64,000 nt of DNA from a virus (taxonomy: Duplodnaviria; Heunggongvirae; Uroviricota; Caudoviricetes), in the IMG/VR virus record IMGVR_UViG_3300031418_000001. One strand, given 5' to 3'. Shown in pieces: positions 20,532 through 28,885 of this stretch. The notes beneath the pieces are model-generated. The model made no database searches. It was not told where the DNA came from and worked only from the letters and a program-made list of their open reading frames with translations. Every line of letters begins with the position of its first letter. Positions within the stretch are counted from its first letter, which is position 1. Both the position numbers and the translations under genes were made by a program.

Positions 20532-20556
20532 AAGGAACCTTTTGGTTCCTTTTTTC
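20532..20556 (+). terminator. rho-independent terminator
   Basis: AAGGAACC-tttt-GGTTCCTT followed by TTTTC. Confidence 0.6.
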
Positions 20557-20574
20557 ATTTACAACGAGGTTTTT

Positions 20575-21045
20575 ATGACTGGTTTTTTGCAATACGTATT
20601 AGATATTTCTGAATCATTAAGAACAAATATCCTTAGTGATAAAATCAAATCATCAGGTTATGATTTTCGAATTTGTGAAAAAGATGAAGATGATAACAGC
20701 TCAATTCGTACCGTTTATATTACCAGTACTGGTTATGGTATTGCAACTAATCTTGCATCTAAAGATGATGTACCTGAAGACTTTGTTGTAACTCTTAAGT
20801 ACTACAATAATTCTTATGATGAACATGATATGTTTTTTATTATCAATTCATCTGGAATTGCGTTTCACTTCAGAGGTGAAGTATATGAAGATATTCAAAA
20901 AGATGAGTACTTTAATTTAACCATGTGTTTTTCTAATAAGATGATCAGCTTTGACGAGATTAAAGGAATTCATAATAACTTGGACAAACTTGTAGGATTT
21001 ACATTATATTATGCACAGGACGAAGAAAAACAATACGGCTATTAA
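20575..21045 (+). CDS. hypothetical protein, tandem paralogue A (C-terminal EEKxYGY)
   Basis: ATG 20575 after GAGGTTTTT; ends DEEKQYGY; shares N-terminal FLxxVLDIS and FNLTM motifs with the next two ORFs. Confidence 0.4.
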   Translation: MTGFLQYVLDISESLRTNILSDKIKSSGYDFRICEKDEDDNSSIRTVYITSTGYGIATNLASKDDVPEDFVVTLKYYNNSYDEHDMFFIINSSGIAFHFRGEVYEDIQKDEYFNLTMCFSNKMISFDEIKGIHNNLDKLVGFTLYYAQDEEKQYGY

Positions 21046-21496
21046 TAATTTTTTTAATGATGTGTTTAATTCCATTCTTAAAAAGGAAATTGTAGGAAAT
21101 CTAAAGAAAACGGATTTTATAATTTACCGTGATTTATGTATTGAAAATGATGAATACCATTTACTTGAATGTAGTAAATCAAGAGAAAGGAAAAGTTTAA
21201 AATTATTCTTTAGTACTTGGGTGAATCCAACTGTAGGTTATGAATCCTATGACCATTTTATTGAAATTTTCGAGAATGGTGAATTCAGGTTCTATAAGGA
21301 TGAAGATTCCGAAGAGTATGAAATTATTTCAATGCAAGAAGATATTTTCAATATAGCAATACAATATGAAATGTATATGTCTATGGAAGAACTGCAATTA
21401 CTAAAAAGACTTTTTAAAAAGGTCGTTAAGAAAAGAGATTTAACCACATTACGTTTTTACTATGGCAAGGGTGAGGAAAAAATGTATGGGTACTAA
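21011..21496 (+). CDS. hypothetical protein, tandem paralogue B (C-terminal EEKxYGY)
   Basis: ends GEEKMYGY; start uncertain (ATG 21011 overlaps paralogue A by 35 nt; GTG 21062 alternative). Confidence 0.35.
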   Translation: MHRTKKNNTAINNFFNDVFNSILKKEIVGNLKKTDFIIYRDLCIENDEYHLLECSKSRERKSLKLFFSTWVNPTVGYESYDHFIEIFENGEFRFYKDEDSEEYEIISMQEDIFNIAIQYEMYMSMEELQLLKRLFKKVVKKRDLTTLRFYYGKGEEKMYGY

Positions 21497-21941
21497 ACAG
21501 TTTCTATTGGATTTGGTTCAAAGTTATATTGATAATAAGATTCCAAAACCATTAGTTAAATATGCGTCGTTTGACAAAGGTGTTGATACTATTAGTATTG
21601 GTATTGATAATTACTATACATCAAAAGCATCTTATAAACCTGGCGAAAAAACATTAAATATAGAGTTTTTTAATGGTTACTTAGCATCTGATAAAGAAAA
21701 TTATTACATTTCTATGACTAAAAAAGATATTTTAATTATTGACGATGATGAAGGTACTTTTATAGTTGACTGTAATAACAGTGATATGATTTTTAACATT
21801 TCATTGAAATATAATTTTCCTCTTACACTTCAAGACTTAATAGAAATTCATAATAAATTTGTAGAATTGATTGATACCCAAGAGATTACTAAACTCGAAA
21901 TTTTTTACACAGCAGAAGAAGAAAAGAAATATGGATACTAA
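21486..21941 (+). CDS. hypothetical protein, tandem paralogue C (C-terminal EEKxYGY)
   Basis: ATG 21486 lies inside the TATGGGTACTAA encoding YGY* of paralogue B, with GAGGAAAAA (=EEK) as RBS; ends EEEKKYGY. Confidence 0.4.
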   Translation: MGTKQFLLDLVQSYIDNKIPKPLVKYASFDKGVDTISIGIDNYYTSKASYKPGEKTLNIEFFNGYLASDKENYYISMTKKDILIIDDDEGTFIVDCNNSDMIFNISLKYNFPLTLQDLIEIHNKFVELIDTQEITKLEIFYTAEEEKKYGY

Positions 21942-23271
21942 ACAACAAATTCAAACTAAACCAGAAGTTGAAAAGCAAATTGTAAAACACTTTGCTGGTT
22001 CAATTTCTTACGGTACAAATACGGCTGCATCTGACACAGATTATCGTGGAATTTTTCTTGCACCTAAAGAATATATCATGACACCATTCTGGAATGTTCG
22101 TGAAGTTAAAGATGAAAAAGAAGAAGATACTAAATTCTTCGAACTCAATAACTATATGGAACTTTATTTAGATGCTAACCCTAATGTAATTGAAACTCTT
22201 TGGGTACGTGATGAAGATATTGTACAACGTACTGAAGAATATGATGTACTTCGTCAGTACGCACAACAGCTACTGAGTACTAAACTTGCATTCACATATA
22301 CCGGATATGCACATAATCAAGCAACCAGAATGAAAAATCATCATGGATGGATGGATAAGGAACGTACAGGAATTCGTATTCTTCAGGAATATATTGATGA
22401 AATTTCATGTGAGCAGATCAAAGAATGGGTTAAAGATACATTTCCTGAATACGTATACAACTTAATTGATTTCTCAAAATGTAATGGAAGATACCTTAAA
22501 GGAATGCTGAAAACAGAGAAATATATGCGTAACACTTCTCTGCAAATGCTTAGTTCTCTCCCATTAGCACAATATCACTTTATTAAATTAGTACATAACT
22601 ATTTTCAACATCAGGTACTGGATCGTGATTTCAGCATCATGGATTATAATGATGGATATGAACTTCTTCCTTATGGTGAAAATATCTTTGCTGTAGTTAA
22701 GAAAGAGGGTGGTAAATGTATTAATTCTGATGGAAGTATCCATAAGGTTGATACCAGTAATCGAACTCTTGAAGAAATCAAACAACAGCCTTGTATGATC
22801 GTTAAATTCAACAAGGATGAGTACTTAAAAAGTTCTGATAACCGGAAGAATTATCATTCATGGAAACAGAATCGCAACGAAGCTCGTTCTGAACTTGAGC
22901 AGAAAAACGGATACGACACAAAACATGCAATGCATGTAGTTCGACTGTTACGTACCGCACAGGAAGCTCTGGAGACAGGTCATATCAATGTATATCGCCC
23001 TGATGCACAGGAACTGCTTGCTATTCGCAACGGTTCATGGACGTATGATGAAATGATGGAGTACTGGAAAGATATGGATAATAAGATCCGTCATCTTTAC
23101 TATCCAAAATCGGAGCTACCTAAGAAACCAGACGTTAAACTGGCGACTAAAGTACTTCTCGATATTCGTGAAATTCAGTTCTATAGTACTAAAACTGAAA
23201 GTTATGAAAGTTCTAAAATTTCTACACCTACTGCAACGATTACTGAAAAATTCAGAAATTGGTTTAAGTAA
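21931..23271 (+). CDS. Pol-beta superfamily nucleotidyltransferase, RlaP-like (RNA-ligase-associated NTase family)
   Basis: GSISYGTNTAASDTDYRGIFLAP matches the GS..YG.....SDxD.RGV..P N-terminal signature of RlaP/MNT-type Pol-beta NTases; ATG 21931 again embedded in YGY* of the upstream gene. Confidence 0.5.
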   Translation: MDTKQQIQTKPEVEKQIVKHFAGSISYGTNTAASDTDYRGIFLAPKEYIMTPFWNVREVKDEKEEDTKFFELNNYMELYLDANPNVIETLWVRDEDIVQRTEEYDVLRQYAQQLLSTKLAFTYTGYAHNQATRMKNHHGWMDKERTGIRILQEYIDEISCEQIKEWVKDTFPEYVYNLIDFSKCNGRYLKGMLKTEKYMRNTSLQMLSSLPLAQYHFIKLVHNYFQHQVLDRDFSIMDYNDGYELLPYGENIFAVVKKEGGKCINSDGSIHKVDTSNRTLEEIKQQPCMIVKFNKDEYLKSSDNRKNYHSWKQNRNEARSELEQKNGYDTKHAMHVVRLLRTAQEALETGHINVYRPDAQELLAIRNGSWTYDEMMEYWKDMDNKIRHLYYPKSELPKKPDVKLATKVLLDIREIQFYSTKTESYESSKISTPTATITEKFRNWFK

Positions 23272-23300
23272 ATATTTAAAATCCAAACTTGAGGTGATAT

Positions 23301-23444
23301 ATGAAACTGAATGAAATGAAAGAATCGTTGAAAAAAGCTCTTGAAGAAGTTTATGACAAGCATGAAAAAAGCACAGATAAGTATATGTTCCTTCATGATA
23401 TTGAAGAATTCATGAAAAAACTACGTGAGAAAAACAAACACTAA
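23301..23444 (+). CDS. hypothetical small protein (47 aa, not in ORF track)
   Basis: ATG 23301 after GAGGTGATAT RBS; charged helical peptide; followed by terminator. Confidence 0.3.
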   Translation: MKLNEMKESLKKALEEVYDKHEKSTDKYMFLHDIEEFMKKLREKNKH

Positions 23445-23458
23445 ATACTATATCCTAA

Positions 23459-23487
23459 AAGCCTGGACTCTATGTTCAGGCTTTTTT
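23459..23487 (+). terminator. rho-independent terminator
   Basis: AAGCCTGGAC-tctat-GTTCAGGCTT followed by TTTTTT. Confidence 0.6.
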
Positions 23488-23540
23488 CGTTATGGGGTCA
23501 TAAATATTTTTATCTACAACACACTTAAGGTAAAAATATT

Positions 23541-23810
23541 ATGATTTGGACATTTATTGGAAAATTAGTTCTCAAAGTACTAATTCAAGTACTTCTTAAA
23601 ATGGTTTATTCTGTTGCATCAGAACAGGTTATATCAGCATTAATTTTTAAATTACTACACGCTTTAGCAAGTAAGACTAAAACAGAGAAAGATGATGAGT
23701 TCGTAAATAAGATGGAAGCTCTTTATCATTCAATGTCTGACAAAACCGACCCTGAAGTTCAAGAAACCGTTGATAAGATAAAGGTATTAAAAAGTACAAA
23801 TGAACAATAA
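23541..23810 (+). CDS. hypothetical membrane-anchored protein
   Basis: 89 aa, hydrophobic N-terminal 25 aa. Confidence 0.35.
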   Translation: MIWTFIGKLVLKVLIQVLLKMVYSVASEQVISALIFKLLHALASKTKTEKDDEFVNKMEALYHSMSDKTDPEVQETVDKIKVLKSTNEQ

Positions 23811-23821
23811 GGACATTATTC

Positions 23822-25846
23822 ATGAAACTTCGAGATTTATATCTTACTGAAGGGATTATCAAAGTACCACCTACTTTACTTAAACAAATAAATTTATATG
23901 TTTCTTCAGTATATGCTACAAGAATTGCTGATAGTATTGAAATGGTTAATCAAGTTGGTTATATGCGTATAACAGGAAAAAGATTATTTGACCAAGAACG
24001 TGAAGATGCTAAACAAAAACTTGTACCTGAATTAACAAAAATTCTAAAATACTTACAAACGAATTATGGTGCTAAGATTCTTAGTAATGATTCATTTAAA
24101 AAAGTACTAAATTCTTCAATTAAATTGAATATTCCAGTACAAGAATTGATGAGTGAACTACCTAATAATCTAAGAAAACCAGAAGTACAAAAAAATCTTG
24201 AAAATTTAACTACAAGATTACGTATGTCTTATAAAACTGATGACCGCTTTTATGGTGGGCTTTCTCATCAACGCAGTCACGATGACCATATTATTCAAAT
24301 TACTATATATGATATTGGAGATACCCCACAAAGTGCATTACATGTTATTCGTAGTAGTATGAGTACTGTATATCATGAATCACAACATTATATTCAATCT
24401 GAAGTAATAGATTTTGTTGATAAATCCAAAAGACAAACTCAATATAAAGATGGATATGAAAATGTATATGATGTTAATAATCCAGATCGTGATGCATATC
24501 ATTCAAGTTCAGTAGAATATACGCCACAAATCGGGGATTTAGGTCATTTGGCAATTAATAAATTACAAGACATGAAAGATTCTGGTGAATTAACTGGTAA
24601 TATGAATAAAGATATTACGGCAGCAGTTCAACACGCATTATCATCATCACACAGAACTAAGATATTAAAAGCACTTAAAAAGTATGGAGAAATAGACCGC
24701 CATAATAAGGGTCTAAAAATCATATACAGTATGGTTGCGAAAAAATATGATTCAGTACTGAACTCTGAAGATGATAATGATCATTCTGATATTGATACCA
24801 GTAACAGAGAAGAACTTGAAAATAATGAAGATATTCTTGACACAATATATAATATGATTGATGATTCTAAATTTAAAGTGCTACAATCATTTTACACTGT
24901 TCAACAAGATAAGGAAATGAAATTCAAGTTCAAAGATGGTTCTGACCCGTATGTTAATACCATTAAATTTAATGATGATGGTACTTATATGTTATCTTTA
25001 CATCAAGCACAAAAAGAAAAATATTCAATATCATTTGATGATTCTAAAAAATTCATACAAATTTGTAGTGAACTTCTTCATTCTAAAGATGTTGAACAAA
25101 TGCTTGAAATATATGATTGGTTAGATTATGATTCTAAACCAGAAGTAAGTACTGAAAGTATTGAACAAATGCTATCTGAATTACAAAAGCAATATGGTGG
25201 AGAAGTTGAAGGTACTAATATTACTTTACCAAACGCAGATGATGGAATGGATGTTAATGTACAATTTAGAACAGATTATAATTCATCAAAAGAAGGAATA
25301 ATGAAAATTTCATTTTCTAATGAAATTGGCGAACTTGGTTTAAATGATATGAAAGATCTTGCTTCATTAATACTTCAATCTATACCAAAGGGTGTTGATG
25401 CAGTATACGATATTCTTACTAAGTACAAGACTAAAGATGAAATTATCAAAGGACTTGAAGAACTTAAAAATAAGAATGCTGTAGACGATTCTGATATTGA
25501 ACGTGTTTTATCTAAAGCGAAGCATGATACTGAAGAAGTTTATCAGCATCAGGGAGAAGCTAAAATATACCCTGAACGGCTGAAGATAAGTTTCAAGTTT
25601 CCTGATTTTGTTCGTTTTCAACCTGGTACTAAAGATAAGTACAGTGTTGAAATGGTTTATAAAGGTAACTGGCGTACAATTCCAATGGATGACTTATATG
25701 ATGTAGTTTATTATATTGTTATGACATATGACCAAGAAAAAGAATACATTACTAAGTTGCTTTCAAGTTCTGAATACTCTGATGAACAATTTATTAAGCG
25801 TATAAAAGAAGCCCACATGGGCGAGGATAATTATTTCGAATGGTAA
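23822..25846 (+). CDS. hypothetical large acidic protein
   Basis: 674-aa ORF, D/E-rich, no motif. Confidence 0.4.
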   Translation: MKLRDLYLTEGIIKVPPTLLKQINLYVSSVYATRIADSIEMVNQVGYMRITGKRLFDQEREDAKQKLVPELTKILKYLQTNYGAKILSNDSFKKVLNSSIKLNIPVQELMSELPNNLRKPEVQKNLENLTTRLRMSYKTDDRFYGGLSHQRSHDDHIIQITIYDIGDTPQSALHVIRSSMSTVYHESQHYIQSEVIDFVDKSKRQTQYKDGYENVYDVNNPDRDAYHSSSVEYTPQIGDLGHLAINKLQDMKDSGELTGNMNKDITAAVQHALSSSHRTKILKALKKYGEIDRHNKGLKIIYSMVAKKYDSVLNSEDDNDHSDIDTSNREELENNEDILDTIYNMIDDSKFKVLQSFYTVQQDKEMKFKFKDGSDPYVNTIKFNDDGTYMLSLHQAQKEKYSISFDDSKKFIQICSELLHSKDVEQMLEIYDWLDYDSKPEVSTESIEQMLSELQKQYGGEVEGTNITLPNADDGMDVNVQFRTDYNSSKEGIMKISFSNEIGELGLNDMKDLASLILQSIPKGVDAVYDILTKYKTKDEIIKGLEELKNKNAVDDSDIERVLSKAKHDTEEVYQHQGEAKIYPERLKISFKFPDFVRFQPGTKDKYSVEMVYKGNWRTIPMDDLYDVVYYIVMTYDQEKEYITKLLSSSEYSDEQFIKRIKEAHMGEDNYFEW

Positions 25847-25866
25847 TTACAAAGGAGAGTAGTAAA

Positions 25867-26232
25867 ATGTTAAGTACATATAAGTACTTGATTGCTGCGA
25901 TCATAGGTGTTGTTTACAGTGCCAGCCTTTTAGGGGCTGGCTGGAAAGCACATGAATGGTATACCGGTTATCAAGAAAACAAAATGAATGAAGTAAAAGC
26001 TGAAATTAAACAGGCTAATCAGGATGTAATCAGTTCTATTGCTAAAAGTTTTGAGGATCAGAAAGTAGTACTGGATGAAAGTTCAAAAGACTATACTAAT
26101 AAGTTAAAGAACATAACAAGTACTAAAACTATCTATAAAAATATATGCCTGGATGATGATGCAGTACAAGTTCTAAAAGATTACAAACTGCAATCAAGTA
26201 CTGATAGGGGCATCAAATATGATAAAAAATAA
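25867..26232 (+). CDS. putative i-spanin (Rz-like)
   Basis: ATG 25867 after AAAGGAGAG RBS; N-terminal TM helix (LIAAIIGVVYSASLLGAGW) then charged periplasmic region; the next gene, overlapping it, encodes a lipoprotein. Confidence 0.5.
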   Translation: MLSTYKYLIAAIIGVVYSASLLGAGWKAHEWYTGYQENKMNEVKAEIKQANQDVISSIAKSFEDQKVVLDESSKDYTNKLKNITSTKTIYKNICLDDDAVQVLKDYKLQSSTDRGIKYDKK

Positions 26233-26530
26233 ATTTTTTGGTTGCATTATAGCTGGTGTGTTGCTAATATCAGGGTGTGCCGAACGAGTAACCGTAAATC
26301 CTGACTCAAATCTGATTCAGGAAAATTTACTGGTTAGATGCACTGATGACACTCCAATCCCTGAAAGTACTAAAGTTGATGATCAGGGTAGGAAAGTGTA
26401 TGACGGTGTGGATCTATCAAGTACTCTAAAAGAGTGGCAAACCGTTTATAATGTATGTGCTGCAAGCCATGATAAGTTGATCGAAGCAGTACGTAAATCA
26501 CAACAGCAAAGTACTATCAAGGTAAAATAA
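26219..26530 (+). CDS. putative o-spanin (Rz1-like outer-membrane lipoprotein)
   Basis: signal peptide with lipobox LLISGC; 103 aa; overlaps i-spanin 3' end. Confidence 0.5.
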   Translation: MIKNKFFGCIIAGVLLISGCAERVTVNPDSNLIQENLLVRCTDDTPIPESTKVDDQGRKVYDGVDLSSTLKEWQTVYNVCAASHDKLIEAVRKSQQQSTIKVK

Positions 26531-26532
26531 TC

Positions 26533-27123
26533 ATGGGATACAAATCAGTAGGTAAATTCGAAGTTCAGGAAATCATTGATCTTATCAATGCCCCTAAATC
26601 TTCTGCAATTCTCGCTGGATTCAAAATCAGCGTTAGTGGTGGTCGTTTGAAGAATTTTGCAATTAACGGTACTGATTGTATCTGTTGTGGTGCAAAAGGT
26701 TCTTATTTTTCTGTTGAAACAACAAACAAAGATCCTAACACTGGATTACATTTAAATTTATACGCTATTAATAAGTATGGTGATCCAGTACTTATGACAA
26801 AAGATCATAAGGTACTTAAATCTTTGGGTGGAGAAGATAAAGTAGAGAACTACAGCCCTATGTGTTTACGTTGTAACAATCTACGTGGTAATAAGTACCA
26901 AAACCAACAAGATTTCCTTGATGCATATCATAGTGGTAAAACACTAAATGGTACTGGCGGTTTACGTAATATACATGACCAATTACCAGATCCTAATTCA
27001 AAACGTCAAAAAGCAATTAAGAAGAAAGCTGAACAAAACAAGTTGAATAAGATTAACCATCAGTCTCATGTTATATCTTATTTTAAGAATGTTAAGTACT
27101 CAAATTTAGCTGAAACACTTTAA
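26533..27123 (+). CDS. HNH endonuclease (possible free-standing homing endonuclease)
   Basis: CICCGAKG ... DHKVL ... N ... CLRCNNLRGNK = zinc-binding HNH signature; the ORF-free region downstream of it is not coding. Confidence 0.6.
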   Translation: MGYKSVGKFEVQEIIDLINAPKSSAILAGFKISVSGGRLKNFAINGTDCICCGAKGSYFSVETTNKDPNTGLHLNLYAINKYGDPVLMTKDHKVLKSLGGEDKVENYSPMCLRCNNLRGNKYQNQQDFLDAYHSGKTLNGTGGLRNIHDQLPDPNSKRQKAIKKKAEQNKLNKINHQSHVISYFKNVKYSNLAETL

Positions 27124-27139
27124 CTTTATGTCCTATACT
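27111..27139 (+). promoter_or_regulatory. early-type promoter copy 1: TGAAAC-N17-TATACT
   Basis: one of four copies with identical 17-nt spacing and conserved ATG(T/A)(G/C)C upstream of the -10 and (T/A)(A/T)AAG downstream; overlaps HNH stop codon. Confidence 0.55.
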
Positions 27140-27726
27140 ATAAGGGAAAGGCCGAACATGGTCTTTCCCTTTTTTATTATAAAATCCTGAACGGCTTAAG
27201 TACTAAAGTACTTAAGACAAATAGAACCTGATCCTATCGAAAAGTAGATGGCAGATGAGTTGTCCGTACAGAACGAAGTGCAAATAATACCCGTGTCACT
27301 CCCGAACCGATATACAAAACAGGTTGGAAATACGGCAATGCGGCACTATAAAGGTGAGAGAAAACATTATCACCCACGATAGACATTTATAGCTCGCCTA
27401 TACTATGTACAAAGGGAGTTATTACTGAAAGGTGATAACACTATGAAGTACTGCTGAATTGGTAGTTCATAGAGTGCAGTGAAGAACTGTGACCGTTGTA
27501 TGCGACAGAGGTAACTGGAAACCGGACAACCCGCCAGTGCCTGTAAATTGGATAATAAAGATCCGTCCAAATTTTGCAGAATCCTTTAATTCAGATTGAA
27601 CTATGACTACCATCGTCAGGTTTATAATTTCGTTCCCCCTTGCGGGGGGATGGAATTGAATAACAAACCTCGTCAAGTAATACTGTTAAAGTTAATTAAT
27701 TATAATTGAATTGAAATGAGTACTGA
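27124..27726 (+). ncRNA. ORF-free, GC-elevated ~600-nt region; candidate structured RNA or decayed remnant
   Basis: no + strand ORF >45 aa in a genome that is otherwise fully coding; contains perfect hairpins CTTAAGTAC-taaa-GTACTTAAG (27195-27216) and CCCCC-ttgc-GGGGG (27635-27648) and a partial promoter-motif copy (CCTATACTATGTAC at 27397). Confidence 0.3.
27144..27178 (+). terminator. rho-independent terminator (10-bp stem)
   Basis: GGGAAAGGCC-gaacat-GGTCTTTCCC followed by TTTTTTATT; begins 5 nt after the -10 of promoter copy 1. Confidence 0.65.
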
Positions 27727-28149
27727 ATGAACGAAGTGAATTCAATACGAATGAAATTCTTGACTTACGTAGTAAGGCAACTAAAAGGATATAAAGTGAA
27801 TTGTGATTCTGTCATTTTAGTAGGTCTTCCATATCACGAATTCCAATATAAAACTAAAAGATTATGGTCTTCTATTGAAGTTGGAATTGATGAGAACGAA
27901 GAACACAAATTTAAACGTTTTATTGAAGAATATGATTTGTATTTTATCAATTCAGATTCCGATGATCATAAACGCCGTTTCATTGGCTATAAAGTACATT
28001 CAGTATATGGTGATGCACAGGTTGTTGAGTTAACTGCTATTAATGCAGAAGCACAACGACACAGAGGTAATTTTTACCGAAATTTTGATTTAACTCCTAA
28101 TGTATACTTAGGTGTATCATATGACCTTGAAGAGAATGATGAATTTTAA
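27727..28149 (+). CDS. hypothetical protein
   Basis: 140-aa ORF. Confidence 0.3.
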   Translation: MNEVNSIRMKFLTYVVRQLKGYKVNCDSVILVGLPYHEFQYKTKRLWSSIEVGIDENEEHKFKRFIEEYDLYFINSDSDDHKRRFIGYKVHSVYGDAQVVELTAINAEAQRHRGNFYRNFDLTPNVYLGVSYDLEENDEF

Positions 28150-28381
28150 ACCATGTCCATTTTGTGGTACTGAAGCACCACAAGACCTAATTGATAATCT
28201 TTATCCATCTGGTATTTTCTATAATAAAGAACCAGATGGTTATATTTCTTACTATTCCTTTATGGAACGTCAGATCGATCATCTGCCAATGTATAAGTAC
28301 ATATGTAATGGTTGTGATGTAGAAATGAATGGTCACACTGAAGAAGAAGTACTTGAGAAGTGGAATAACAGAGTTAAATAA
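28121..28381 (+). CDS. Lar-family restriction-alleviation-like protein
   Basis: FKPCPFCGTEA ... CNGCDVEM ... EEEVLEKWNNR matches the Lar family (KPCPFCG, second CxxC, C-terminal AWNxR); ATG 28121 after AGGTG. Confidence 0.65.
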   Translation: MTLKRMMNFKPCPFCGTEAPQDLIDNLYPSGIFYNKEPDGYISYYSFMERQIDHLPMYKYICNGCDVEMNGHTEEEVLEKWNNRVK

Positions 28382-28414
28382 ATACCATAATTATAACAAT
28401 ATAGGTATTTTATA

Positions 28415-28855
28415 ATGAGTGATTTCGATCCAAACAGCTTACGATCAATGATGGATTTTGTTGATAATGAAGAAGGTTCTAATACAGAGGAAGCAGTACT
28501 TAAATTTGTAGAGAACTCTATTTTTCTTGAATCACAAGCCCATCACTGGCATCTACAATGTGGTAATTATGCAAAACACATGGAATTGAATGAATTCTAT
28601 GAAGGATTACCCGAGTATGTTGATTCATTTATTGAAGGTTTAATGCAAACCCGTGGTGCTCTTGTAATTACAGGTTCATCATTTGTTTTCCAACCATTAT
28701 CTTCAGTAGTTGCAGTACTCGATGACTATAAACGTCAATGTTTAGCAATACATAAAATTCTTGATTCTCAAGAAGAATTTGGTTCAGTTAATACCCTTGA
28801 AGATATTATCAGCTTCGTAGATAGTATCCTATACAAATTAAAAGTACTAAAATAA
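28415..28855 (+). CDS. possible Dps/ferritin-like four-helix-bundle protein
   Basis: QAHHWHLQCGNYAKHMELNEFYEGLPEYVDSFIEGL resembles the Dps helix A/B pattern (HW..G..F..H..L.E.Y...D..E); 146 aa. Confidence 0.3.
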   Translation: MSDFDPNSLRSMMDFVDNEEGSNTEEAVLKFVENSIFLESQAHHWHLQCGNYAKHMELNEFYEGLPEYVDSFIEGLMQTRGALVITGSSFVFQPLSSVVAVLDDYKRQCLAIHKILDSQEEFGSVNTLEDIISFVDSILYKLKVLK

Positions 28856-28857
28856 TA

Positions 28858-28885
28858 CAAGGACTCTTTATGAGTCCTTTTTCTT
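28858..28885 (+). terminator. rho-independent terminator (AAGGACTC/GAGTCCTT stem)
   Basis: AAGGACTC-tttat-GAGTCCTT followed by TTTCTTT; a near-identical stem recurs at 49041. Confidence 0.6.
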
